Shown here piece by piece: positions 50,451 through 59,490 of a stretch of 64,000 bases of DNA (the stretch's first letter is position 1; every line of letters starts with the position of its first letter). This DNA comes from an uncultured bacterium. Its GTDB lineage: Bacteria; CSSED10-310; CAZUFC01. Made by a program: the position numbers and the translations under genes. The DNA is taken from positions 32,001 to 96,000 of the forward strand of contig CAZUFC010000014.1 in NCBI GenBank assembly GCA_964619725.1, read 5' to 3'. The notes under the pieces are model-generated. The model ran no database searches. It saw only the letters and a list, made by a program, of their open reading frames with translations, and was not told where the DNA came from.

Positions 50451-50867
50451 TCATTTTTCTGCAACGTATTCGGCTTTAACTTCAATCCTGATGCCGCCGC
50501 GAGCGTTGAATTTTCCTATGACTGTGGCTGAAAGGGGTCGAGCGGCTGCGACGAGGTCATCCAAAATTCTGTTCACGGCTTTTTCAAAGAAGGTTCCGAC
50601 GTTTCTGTAAGACATGATATAAAGTTTCAGCGATTTGCTTTCTATGCACCATTTCGAAGGCACGTAACGGATTATTATTTCGGCGAAATCCGGTTGTCCG
50701 GTAATGGGACACAGAGATGTGTATTCCGGGCAGACGAAGGTTATTTCATATTTCCTTTCGGGATGACTGTCGGCGAAAACTTCTAATTTGGCGTTGTCGG
50801 GATGGTCAGGAATTACCGTTTTCTTTGATCCCAGGAGAGTGAGTTTCGGTTTTTCCTTTTGGGGCAT
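50451..50867 (-). CDS. queF: NADPH-dependent preQ0 reductase (unimodular QueF)
   Basis: EYTSLCPITGQPDFA, IESKSLKLY, ARGGI. Confidence 0.95.
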   Translation of the reverse strand: MPQKEKPKLTLLGSKKTVIPDHPDNAKLEVFADSHPERKYEITFVCPEYTSLCPITGQPDFAEIIIRYVPSKWCIESKSLKLYIMSYRNVGTFFEKAVNRILDDLVAAARPLSATVIGKFNARGGIRIEVKAEYVAEK

Positions 50868-51039
50868 GGCATCCTCCTTGTAATCAAGCTGAACCCGATA
50901 TTTAGTTCCTGGTCATGTATAGCGGCCTGCGGGTTTCAAATCAAGCTGCCTTTGCATATTTTACTTGAGAAAGGCTTGAATGTCTGCAACAATAATTAAA
51001 CGAATTTTTTTCGATGCTCAAGCCAGGAGGTTACGGAAA

Positions 51040-52710
51040 ATGCAATTAGTTGAATGTGTTCCCAATTTCAGTGAAGGAAGAGACCATTCGATAATCGATT
51101 CAATAACCCAGCAAATTTCGCAGACAGAAGGCGTTAAACTATTGGATGTTGATCCCGGAGCCGATACGAACCGAACGGTTGTGACTTTCGTCGGGTCGCC
51201 GGCCGGAGTAAAAGAAGCGGCGTTTCAGGCTATAAAGCGCGCTTCGGAGTTGATCGACATGCGTCAGCATTCCGGGGCACATCCCCGGATGGGAGCGACC
51301 GACGTTTGTCCTTTCGTTCCCGTATCGGGGGTAACGACAGAGGAATGCGTCGAGATAGCGAAAGAGGTGGGAGCCCGGGTTGCTCAGGAGCTGAGCATAC
51401 CGGTTTATTTGTATGAAAAGGCGGCATCGCGTCCGGAACGCAACAGTTTATCTGACATCAGGAAAGGCGAATATGAAGCTTTAGAGGAAAAATTAAAGCA
51501 GGCCGAATGGAAACCTGATTTCGGCGAATCGACGTTCAATGCCCGTTCGGGAGCAACTGTCGTAGGCGTCCGGGAATTTCTCATCGCTTATAACGTTAAT
51601 TTAAACACCATGGACGGTAACGCGGCGAATGAAATTGCCAAGCGTGTCAGACAGGGCGGTAAAGCGAAACGGGATGAAAACGGTAAAATAGTGAGAGACG
51701 AAAAGGGCAAAATCGTTCGGATACCAGGCTCGTTAGATGAATGCCGAGGCGTAGGATGGGTCATACCGGAGTATGAGGTCGCTCAGGTCAGCATGAATCT
51801 GACAAATTATAAAATTACTCCTCCTCACAAAGCTTACGAAGAAATACGCAAGGAAGCCGAAGACCTGGGATTGCTGGCATTAGGCAGCGAGATAGTGGGA
51901 CTGGTTCCTCTCGAAGCCGTATTGGAAGCGGGACGATTTTACTTAAAAAAACAGGGAAAAAATACAGGCGTTCCGGAAAAGGATTTAGTCAAAACAGCGA
52001 TTCAATCCCTGGGCCTGGATTCTGTCTCTCCTTTCGATCCGAACAAGAAGATCATCGAATATCAATTCAGAAACAAAGAAGACGCGTTGATTGCAATGAA
52101 GATAGACGATTTCGTCGACGAATTGTCCTCCGATTCTCCGGCGCCTGGCGGCGGCAGCGTCGCCGCACTGAACGCCGCTCTCTCCTCCGGCTTGTCAGCA
52201 ATGGTCGCCTCGCTGACTCACGGCAAAAAAAACTATGAAAATGTGTGGGAAGAAATGGAATCGCTGGCTGTTGAGGCTCAAAAACTGAAGGATATGTTTC
52301 TGGATAAGGTCGATAAGGATACAGAAGCTTTCAACCGGGTTATGGCAGCAATGAAAATGAAAAGAAAAACGCCGGAACAGAAAGAAGCCAGAGAAAAAGC
52401 GATGGAATCAGCCAATAAAGAAGCCGCCCGGGTTCCTTTCACCGTGCTGGAAGAGAGCGTCAAAGCCCTTCAGCATGCTCTGAAAGCCGCAGAAAAAGGA
52501 AATAAAAACTCGCTCAGCGATGCGGGCGTAGCCGGATTGACGGGATTAGCAGCAGCAAAAGGAGCCTTTTACAACGTGCTTATTAATCTCGGTTCGATTA
52601 GCGACCTTCAGTTCAAACGGGAATTCAAACAAAAAAGCAGCGAACTCTTCGAAAAAGCCCGTAACCTGGCCGATCAAATCGAATCTCATCTCCTTAAAGA
52701 ACTCTCCTGA
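51040..52710 (+). CDS. ftcD: Glutamate formimidoyltransferase / formiminotetrahydrofolate cyclodeaminase
   Basis: LVECVPNFSEGR, HPRMGATDVCPF, cyclodeaminase SPAPGGGSVAAL; AGGAGG RBS before ATG 51040. Confidence 0.95.
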   Translation: MQLVECVPNFSEGRDHSIIDSITQQISQTEGVKLLDVDPGADTNRTVVTFVGSPAGVKEAAFQAIKRASELIDMRQHSGAHPRMGATDVCPFVPVSGVTTEECVEIAKEVGARVAQELSIPVYLYEKAASRPERNSLSDIRKGEYEALEEKLKQAEWKPDFGESTFNARSGATVVGVREFLIAYNVNLNTMDGNAANEIAKRVRQGGKAKRDENGKIVRDEKGKIVRIPGSLDECRGVGWVIPEYEVAQVSMNLTNYKITPPHKAYEEIRKEAEDLGLLALGSEIVGLVPLEAVLEAGRFYLKKQGKNTGVPEKDLVKTAIQSLGLDSVSPFDPNKKIIEYQFRNKEDALIAMKIDDFVDELSSDSPAPGGGSVAALNAALSSGLSAMVASLTHGKKNYENVWEEMESLAVEAQKLKDMFLDKVDKDTEAFNRVMAAMKMKRKTPEQKEAREKAMESANKEAARVPFTVLEESVKALQHALKAAEKGNKNSLSDAGVAGLTGLAAAKGAFYNVLINLGSISDLQFKREFKQKSSELFEKARNLADQIESHLLKELS

Positions 52711-52736
52711 CTCCAGCATTGGTCGGATATGCTCAT

Positions 52737-53420
52737 ATGGCGCTGTGGAAAGAAATTCTGTGGCGGATTCTAGGCCGTGTGGGTTACGGCATTATTTTCC
52801 TTACCGCTAAGTCGCTTCGATGGACAGTATTAAGAAAAAAAATTGATGAGGAAATAAAACGGGAATACGGGAGCGCCATTTATGCCTTCTGGCACGGCAG
52901 ACAGTTCCTGCTGGTTTACACGCATGCTCATAGGAAAGTCCATGTGCTGGTTAGCCGCTCCAGGGACGGAGAAATAATTCATAGAATTCTGGCCGCCGGA
53001 GGAAACAGAACAGTTCGAGGTTCAACCACTCGAGGGGGTTCTGACGCTTATCAGGAACTGATAAACGTCGTTACAGATCAAGGTTTCTATGCCGCCTTCA
53101 CTCCCGACGGCCCCAAAGGACCCGCCTGTAAAGTCGCTCCCGGCATCATCGCTCTGGCGGCACGCACGCAGAAACCGATCGTCCCCATGTCGACTTCATC
53201 GGGCAAAGCTAAATATCTTAAAAGCTGGGATAAATTTCTGGTTCCCTGTCCCTTCTCAACAGGCGTGCTGGTTTACGGTGACCCTCTCTTCGTGCCGGCC
53301 GACTGCTCCCCTCAGGACGTTCAAAGATACTCAAAAATCCTGGAAAACGAACTCAACAGAATAACCGCGCTCGCGGATAAAACAGCCGGAAAAAAGAATC
53401 GGACTCAAGATGACAAATAA
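52737..53420 (+). CDS. DUF374 / lysophospholipid acyltransferase family protein
   Basis: FWHGR, SRSRDGE, VRGS..RGG, TPDGPKGP, SWDKF. Confidence 0.9.
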   Translation: MALWKEILWRILGRVGYGIIFLTAKSLRWTVLRKKIDEEIKREYGSAIYAFWHGRQFLLVYTHAHRKVHVLVSRSRDGEIIHRILAAGGNRTVRGSTTRGGSDAYQELINVVTDQGFYAAFTPDGPKGPACKVAPGIIALAARTQKPIVPMSTSSGKAKYLKSWDKFLVPCPFSTGVLVYGDPLFVPADCSPQDVQRYSKILENELNRITALADKTAGKKNRTQDDK

Positions 53421-53524
53421 ATTCCGCATCAGCCGGCCGATGCAGGCGCTGTGAGCATCTGTCTTTTATTTCCAAAAAATTAAAAGGTCGTTCTTCACTT
53501 ATTCTGTCATCTCGGCAAATGCCT

Positions 53525-54865
53525 TCAAGCCTTCAACTCGACACGACAAAAGGGACACTTCAATTCGGGATAAGGTGGAAATACGCTGATTTCCTCCCCC
53601 CATTCGGTTACTCCTTCAGAACAGATATAGCCGCATGATTCGCACTGAGGAAAAACACTCCCGTTATCTCGTTTGCACTCGGTCACCTTCTCGACGGCTA
53701 TTCCGATTTTCTCAGCGAAAATCGCTGCCCTGTTCATATCGGGGTCGGAAGGTAAATTCTTTATTATATAAGCAGGCAGGGGAACGATAATTTGTTGCTG
53801 CCTGAACATATTCTCTATTATCGAAGCAGCGTTTCCGCTCCACCCGTACGATCCGAAAACCGCGCCTATTTTTCCTCTCATCCGAATTTTACTCAATGAA
53901 TATAGCATATCCCATATCGGCTTAATGACGTTCCTGTCCATCGTGGGCGAACCGATAATAATTCCTGACGATTCTTCAATGTGCTCTAAAGCCATTTTTA
54001 TATTGAAAGGATAATGATGCTCGTAAACGTGTATTCCCATGCTCCTGAGCTGTTCAACGATGCCTCTCGACAGCAACTCGGTAAAACCGTAAACCGACGC
54101 TGAAATCAAAACTACGCTTTTTTGATTCTTCAGTGAATGCTTCGACCACTCCAGATACTTGCACAGGTAAGTCTCAGGCTTGTGACGAATGACGGGGCCG
54201 TAAGCCGGCGCTATCATATTGAGATTCATTTTTGCCGCCTGATTCAGCGTTCCCATCAAATAATCGGTCTTGGAACGGAATACGTTGTTGTAATATCGCC
54301 GGAACGCAGTCGAAAACTCCGGCGCCTCATCATTGAACAGCCTTTCCGGACTGTAATGTGAACTCATGACATCCGAAGAAAAAAGAATAGCCTCTTCATC
54401 CAGATATGTAATCATTGAATCCGGCCAGGGGGCGAATCGCGAATGATAAAAGGAGAGATGTTTCCCCCCTAAATCTAATTTTTCTCCATCGCCGACGAAC
54501 TTGATGACCACAGACAAATCCTTGAAAGAATTATTCAGGACGTGTCTGGCGTTTTCAGCGAGGATAATCTTCGCACGGGAAGCCTGGTTTATGATCGGCA
54601 ACCAGGATGCCACCTGATCGAACATGAAGCGATTAAGCGCCACATAATCGATCTCTCTCAAATCGATCAGCGATCTCAAATTCTTTAACAGCTTATCACG
54701 GTGAAAACTCCCCACAGCATCAATCAAAACGTTTTTTTCCGCCTGCACAAGATAAGCATTGTACATGGTACCGCGCTGGAGGTCCTGTACGAGATTGAAC
54801 TTACGCAATGTAGGGTCCCGAGCGCCCACCCAATGCACCTGCGGAACCAACTGTACAGAATTCAA
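53525..54865 (-). CDS. FprA-type flavodiiron-like protein with degenerate di-iron site and C-terminal rubredoxin-like CxxC pair
   Basis: GTMYNAYLV, WPDSM, flavodoxin GSPT and FGSYGWSG, CESC...CPFC. Confidence 0.85.
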   Translation of the reverse strand: MNSVQLVPQVHWVGARDPTLRKFNLVQDLQRGTMYNAYLVQAEKNVLIDAVGSFHRDKLLKNLRSLIDLREIDYVALNRFMFDQVASWLPIINQASRAKIILAENARHVLNNSFKDLSVVIKFVGDGEKLDLGGKHLSFYHSRFAPWPDSMITYLDEEAILFSSDVMSSHYSPERLFNDEAPEFSTAFRRYYNNVFRSKTDYLMGTLNQAAKMNLNMIAPAYGPVIRHKPETYLCKYLEWSKHSLKNQKSVVLISASVYGFTELLSRGIVEQLRSMGIHVYEHHYPFNIKMALEHIEESSGIIIGSPTMDRNVIKPIWDMLYSLSKIRMRGKIGAVFGSYGWSGNAASIIENMFRQQQIIVPLPAYIIKNLPSDPDMNRAAIFAEKIGIAVEKVTECKRDNGSVFPQCESCGYICSEGVTEWGEEISVFPPYPELKCPFCRVELKA

Positions 54866-55076
54866 AACTTTGCTCCCCTTGTAGTTCTCCTTACTATATA
54901 AATTTCAAGCCCCAGCAGAATTAGTTGCTTTTCAGAAGCATTATAAAATTTTTATAAGGTGTTGTCAAGCAGCCTGAATCGGTTCAGCTAAGCCTGCCTG
55001 GGATTATTTGAAAATGTGTAAGCGGTTTAGTAGTATTAATATAGTCAAAGAGGGTTTCAACAGGAAGGATGAATAA

Positions 55077-55625
55077 ATGAAAACCGGAGAATTAAAGGAT
55101 ATCATGGCTGCAGGACCCATTTTCAAGGGAATGTCTGCGGATGAGCTTGAACCTTTAGCGGAAAAATGTCGTCGCATGGACATGGATAAGGATCATGTGA
55201 TCTTCGAGTCAGGGGATGAAGGAACCTCGCTGTCGGTTATCCTTTCGGGCGCGGTGCGTCTGACGATACCTTGCGGCGATATGAGTCTGGGTGCGGTTGG
55301 TCCTGGAAAAGTATTCGGCGAAATATCATTTTTTGACCCCGGTCGCCGTCTGACGGGGGCCGTCGCCACAACCGACGTTACATTTTTTACGCTGAAAAAA
55401 GAGGCTTTTCTGGAACTTTTGAATAAGCAGGATACAGGGGCGCTGCGTCTTTTGCGATACATGAGTGAACTGATGGCGGAGAGGCTGAGCGATCTGCATG
55501 ACAGGATGGAGAGGGCGGCGCGTAAGCTAAAAAGAGCGACAGGAGCATCAGCGTCTGACAAGAAAGGCGAACAGGAAAAGTCAGAGGGCATATTACAAGG
55601 CATCCTGAATAAGTTAAAACTTTAA
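55077..55625 (+). CDS. Cyclic nucleotide-binding domain protein
   Basis: IFESGD, LSGAV, FGEISFFDPGRR; helical tail with no evident HTH. Confidence 0.85.
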   Translation: MKTGELKDIMAAGPIFKGMSADELEPLAEKCRRMDMDKDHVIFESGDEGTSLSVILSGAVRLTIPCGDMSLGAVGPGKVFGEISFFDPGRRLTGAVATTDVTFFTLKKEAFLELLNKQDTGALRLLRYMSELMAERLSDLHDRMERAARKLKRATGASASDKKGEQEKSEGILQGILNKLKL

Positions 55626-55726
55626 CGGCTGCTTTATTTTCAGTTCATGGAGCAAAAAATGAGCGACCGATTCCATTTCAGGATACATTTTGTCATGGTT
55701 GAGTGAACAATGGGGAGGCATTTAAA

Positions 55727-56338
55727 ATGAAAGTCACACCGGCTGCCTTGAAAAAGGTTGGTTTACTGAAAGAAATGACCGATGACCAATTGCTGAAATT
55801 GACTTCCAGAATGAAATACAGACGATTCACCGACAAGCAGGAGATATTTTCAAAAGGGGCTGCATCAGATTCGGTTTTCATAATCATAAACGGCAAAGCA
55901 GAAGCAAGGATATTCAGCGGAGAAGCGGGACTTGACGTGTCGGCTCACCTGGGCGAGGGTGAAATATTCGGCCAGGTTTCTTTACTCGGCAAAAAGCCCC
56001 GAACCGCCGCCTGTTCGGCCAGAGGGGCTGTTCTGACCGCTGAATTGAACTCAAGAGCTCTGGATGAGCTGCTGGAAGATAAAGACCCTGGAGCAGCGGC
56101 CTTTCTCCTGCTTCTGACGGAAAACCTGGCTAAACAAATCCGGCAGAGTCTCGCAGGAGTCATCAAGTTGTATGACAAACTGGAAAAGACCAGGGATTCC
56201 ATGGCTGCCGTTCGTCTGGAAATGGCGGAGATTCCAGGTGATGAAGCTGCAGGTGAAACGGAAGCTGAGACCGGTCCCCAGGAGGAAAAAATAATCCTTA
56301 ACGAACTGACTGAGATAATCAGAGAGTGCAGGTTGTGA
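55727..56338 (+). CDS. Cyclic nucleotide-binding domain protein
   Basis: IFSKG, INGKA, FGQVSLLGKKPRTA; helical tail; GGGGAGG RBS. Confidence 0.85.
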   Translation: MKVTPAALKKVGLLKEMTDDQLLKLTSRMKYRRFTDKQEIFSKGAASDSVFIIINGKAEARIFSGEAGLDVSAHLGEGEIFGQVSLLGKKPRTAACSARGAVLTAELNSRALDELLEDKDPGAAAFLLLLTENLAKQIRQSLAGVIKLYDKLEKTRDSMAAVRLEMAEIPGDEAAGETEAETGPQEEKIILNELTEIIRECRL

Positions 56339-56484
56339 GGTTTAAAAACCAGGGCATAAAATAAAACGCATTCGGGTTGATAAATGGTGATTTCCGGAAT
56401 TGTTGAATCAGAAGTCGGCAACATCTGATCGCACGGTAACCGGCGACTGAAGCGAAAATTTACCTGACACTATAAGGAATAATA

Positions 56485-56809
56485 ATGAGCATGCTGCGAG
56501 TTGGAAAACCAATATTCTTGACTCTTTTTGCCGTCTTGGTCTCGGCATTGTCGCTGCATTCCGGTCTCAGCGGATATCCTGACGGCGTGCTGAAGATTGT
56601 CGAAGGAGAACGAAACCGAACCGGAAATCGATCATCTCGTCATGACCATCACATATAAACCTTTTGATTTCATGTTGATAGAAGATTTTATAATGCCCCG
56701 GACTGACCCGGCATATGCCGCCTTCTACGCCATGATGTTCGAACCCAATGCCTTCTCACATGAATCAGCGGTCAGCAATCTGACCGTATGGGAATTCGAT
56801 CTGTATTGA
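56485..56809 (+). pseudogene. Possible frameshifted remnant of a small exported protein
   Basis: RBS + signal-peptide-like ORF 56485-56658 overlapping a +1-frame ORF 56597-56809. Confidence 0.3.
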
Positions 56810-56854
56810 GGACGGATGCCGAATCGAAGCTTAAAATCTGGATAAATATGTTCC

Positions 56855-56883
56855 TTGACAGGATTTTCCGGATAGCGTATTTG
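56855..56883 (+). promoter_or_regulatory. Putative promoter of the DCCP operon leader
   Basis: TTGACA (56855-56860), 17 nt, weak -10 TATTTG. Confidence 0.4.
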
Positions 56884-56909
56884 TCGTTTGAGTCATGAAT
56901 TCTTATTTC

Positions 56910-57170
56910 GAGAGGATTTTTCATGATCAAAGGTTTTGGTTTCACGTGAGGTTACATCGTTTAGCTAACCGGGTTTGTTAGACGAAACAGCAAGCCAGAA
57001 CCGATCCTGCCTATCTTTTTTTACCCTTGAAAGATAAATAAATACAGGTCACCTCCCGCACTGCAGCAGGTCAATCTACAGGCTGAAGACTACTAACCGG
57101 GAAGGATTTCTTTAGTTCTGTAAAAGACTGTGACCTCGTAAATATTCGGAGCGGAAGACGCACAGTCTGG
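56910..57170 (+). promoter_or_regulatory. Structured 5' leader / candidate attenuator with UGA-containing leader peptide (56923-56964)
   Basis: GAGAGGA RBS, ATG-IKGFGFT-TGA-GYIV-TAG; long hairpin 56910-57015 followed by T7; alternative pairings; two more hairpins. Confidence 0.6.
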
Positions 57171-57248
57171 AAGGACAGGAGGAAGGAGTCGGAGGATCGG
57201 GGGTTTGCAGTTTTCCGTTACGAAATTTCAATCTTATGAGAGGAGGAA

Positions 57249-58529
57249 ATGATGAGTAATGAATATCGGAGCATGTGGAAGGATTTAGGACTTGATCTGG
57301 AAGCCCATGACGCATTGCTGGGAGTATTGGGCGAAGGTTATGCGGAAACTTATCTGTCGCAGAAAATGCGGCCGGAGGGCATGAAGTATTTTGATTTTGT
57401 CATGAGCGAGGTTCATGGATTAAGAATAAAAGAGCTTCTGGATGAGAAGAAGGAAGGGCGAAAAATCATCGGATCATATTGTGTTTTCGTACCTGAAGAA
57501 ATCGTCCTGGCGGCCAATGCTTCTCTAGTGGGACTGTGTTCGGGCGCTGATTTCGCCGGGGAAGAAGTTGAAAAACTTTTACCTCGCAATACATGCGCTC
57601 TAATCAAATCGTCATTCGGGTTTCAACTCGGACGAGTATGCCCCTATTTGGAAAGCGCTGACATGATTGTCGGCGAAAACACTTGCGACGGCAAGAAAAA
57701 GGCATATGAAACGCTGGATGATCTCGTCGGAAACTTATATGTTATGGACCTGCCGCAGGTTAAATCCGAACAGGGACGAAAACTTCTCAAAACAGAATAT
57801 GACCGGTTCAAAACCGCAGTCGAACGCCTTACCGGAACCGCCGTTACCGCAGAATCATTAAAACAGGCGATCAAAACGGTCAACGCCAAGCGAAAGGCCG
57901 TTCAAAGATTGGCAAGCCTTCGCAATGCGTCTCCAGCGCCCATTTCAGGCCTGGATGCCCTTCTTATCAACCAGGTATTCTTCTACGACAATCCCGCACG
58001 CTTTACCGATGCCGTTGAAAAAATATGCGCTGAACTGGAAAAACGTATTGAAAACAAAACAGGCGTTTTCCCAAAAGAAGCTCCACGAATAATCGTTTCA
58101 GGTTGTCCTCAGGCTGTCCCCAACTGGAAGTTGCCGCACCTCGTGGAAAACTCCGGCGCCGTTATAGTGGGTGAAGAATCTTGCGTCGGCGAAAGAGGCG
58201 CACGAAATTTAACGGATGAGTCCGGCGAAACAATTGAAGAAATGATGGAAGCCATCGTCGATCGGCATTTTAAAATAGACTGCGCAATTTTTACTCCAAA
58301 CCCTGAACGTTTGGAGCATATCAGGGAAATGACCTCACAATATGATGCCGACGGGATTATCCATTACACTCTACAATTCTGTCAGCCGTATCTCATGGAA
58401 TCCATCCCCTTCGAAAAAAAACTGGAAGAAGAGGGAATACCCGTCTTGCGCATTGAAACTGATTACAGCATGGAGGATGTCGGCCAATTGAAGACGCGGA
58501 TAGAAGCTTTTATCGAGCAACTGCAGTAA
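57249..58529 (+). CDS. Double-cubane [8Fe-9S] cluster-containing reductase (DCCP; 2-hydroxyacyl-CoA dehydratase HgdB family)
   Basis: Characteristic N-terminus W.DLGLDLEAHD...RPEGMKYFD...HG.RI.EL; Cys motifs YCVFVPEE, NTCALIK, TCDGKKK, EESC, DCAIF, QFCQPY; IETDYS. Confidence 0.9.
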   Translation: MMSNEYRSMWKDLGLDLEAHDALLGVLGEGYAETYLSQKMRPEGMKYFDFVMSEVHGLRIKELLDEKKEGRKIIGSYCVFVPEEIVLAANASLVGLCSGADFAGEEVEKLLPRNTCALIKSSFGFQLGRVCPYLESADMIVGENTCDGKKKAYETLDDLVGNLYVMDLPQVKSEQGRKLLKTEYDRFKTAVERLTGTAVTAESLKQAIKTVNAKRKAVQRLASLRNASPAPISGLDALLINQVFFYDNPARFTDAVEKICAELEKRIENKTGVFPKEAPRIIVSGCPQAVPNWKLPHLVENSGAVIVGEESCVGERGARNLTDESGETIEEMMEAIVDRHFKIDCAIFTPNPERLEHIREMTSQYDADGIIHYTLQFCQPYLMESIPFEKKLEEEGIPVLRIETDYSMEDVGQLKTRIEAFIEQLQ

Positions 58530-58551
58530 AAAATCAGGGAGACCTTTAACT

Positions 58552-59298
58552 ATGCTTTTCGCGGGAATCGACATCGGCTCTCGTACGATAGAACTGACCG
58601 TGATAAACGGCCAGGGTGATATTATAATCAATCTGCAGACCGATACAGGTTTCGATCCGATCAGGGAAGCCTTCAAGCTGATGGATGGAGTCGCTTTCGA
58701 CAGCATTACCGCTACCGGTTACGGCCGTAATTTATTTGAACTTGCCTGTGATGCGCCCACCGTTACCGAAATAAAAGCGCATGCTGCCGGCGCCAGGCAT
58801 TACTTCCCTGACGCTGAAACCGTGCTGGATATCGGCGGTCAGGACAGCAAAGCCATCGCCTTGTTCAAAAACGGTAAAGTGAAAAAATTTGAAATGAACG
58901 ACCGGTGTGCTGCAGGGACCGGGAAATTTCTCGAAATAACAGCCAGGACATTGGGCTACCCTATAGAAGATTTCGGTCCTGAAGCGCTGAGAGCCGAAAA
59001 GAATATCAACATTTCAAGCATGTGTGCTGTTTTTGCTGAATCAGAAGTCACTTCATTGATCGCAAGAGGTGAAAAACCAGCGGATATAGCCGGCGGACTG
59101 CATGCAAGCATCGTCCGCAGAACCGCCGCTATGATAAGAAGAATATCATCCGAAGGAGATATAGTTTTCACGGGCGGCGTCGCCCTGAACCCATGCATGC
59201 GCATTCTGCTGCAAAATACGCTGAAGCGCAGAATATTAACGCCGGACGACCCGCAAAGCATCGGCGCACTCGGCGCCGCGCTGCTGACGCGAAAATGA
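58552..59298 (+). CDS. ATP-dependent [4Fe-4S] activator/reductase (HgdC / DCCP-R type)
   Basis: GIDIGS, ATGYGR, DIGGQDSK, MNDRCAAGTG, SMCAVFAESE, TGGVA. Confidence 0.93.
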   Translation: MLFAGIDIGSRTIELTVINGQGDIIINLQTDTGFDPIREAFKLMDGVAFDSITATGYGRNLFELACDAPTVTEIKAHAAGARHYFPDAETVLDIGGQDSKAIALFKNGKVKKFEMNDRCAAGTGKFLEITARTLGYPIEDFGPEALRAEKNINISSMCAVFAESEVTSLIARGEKPADIAGGLHASIVRRTAAMIRRISSEGDIVFTGGVALNPCMRILLQNTLKRRILTPDDPQSIGALGAALLTRK

Positions 59299-59490
59299 AT
59301 GACAGACTTCTTCAAACTTTTACGACTGGTGCAATTACACTAAGGCGGACCCTGCATCACTGGACGTACCCGACTGTCCATTTTCCTGGCATCATTGGCC
59401 GGCGCTTCGTCTGTCGTGCCCCCGAACAACAAGCATAAATGCATCATGCCCCGGAAAAATTAAGTCCGTTTTTTGTTTTCTGTAACTTCT

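Noticed and set aside
50868-51039. preQ1 riboswitch upstream of queF; AATCAAGCTG direct repeat (50882, 50939)
   Set aside because: No preQ1 stem-loop with A-rich tail is recognisable, and a 10-mer occurring twice is too weak to call.
56910-57170. c-di-AMP, SAM, cobalamin or T-box riboswitch as the DCCP leader
   Set aside because: Only fragments (GCTAACC, ACCTCGTAA) resemble the c-di-AMP 3' end and they are not contiguous; other consensus cores were not seen by eye. An Rfam scan is still needed.
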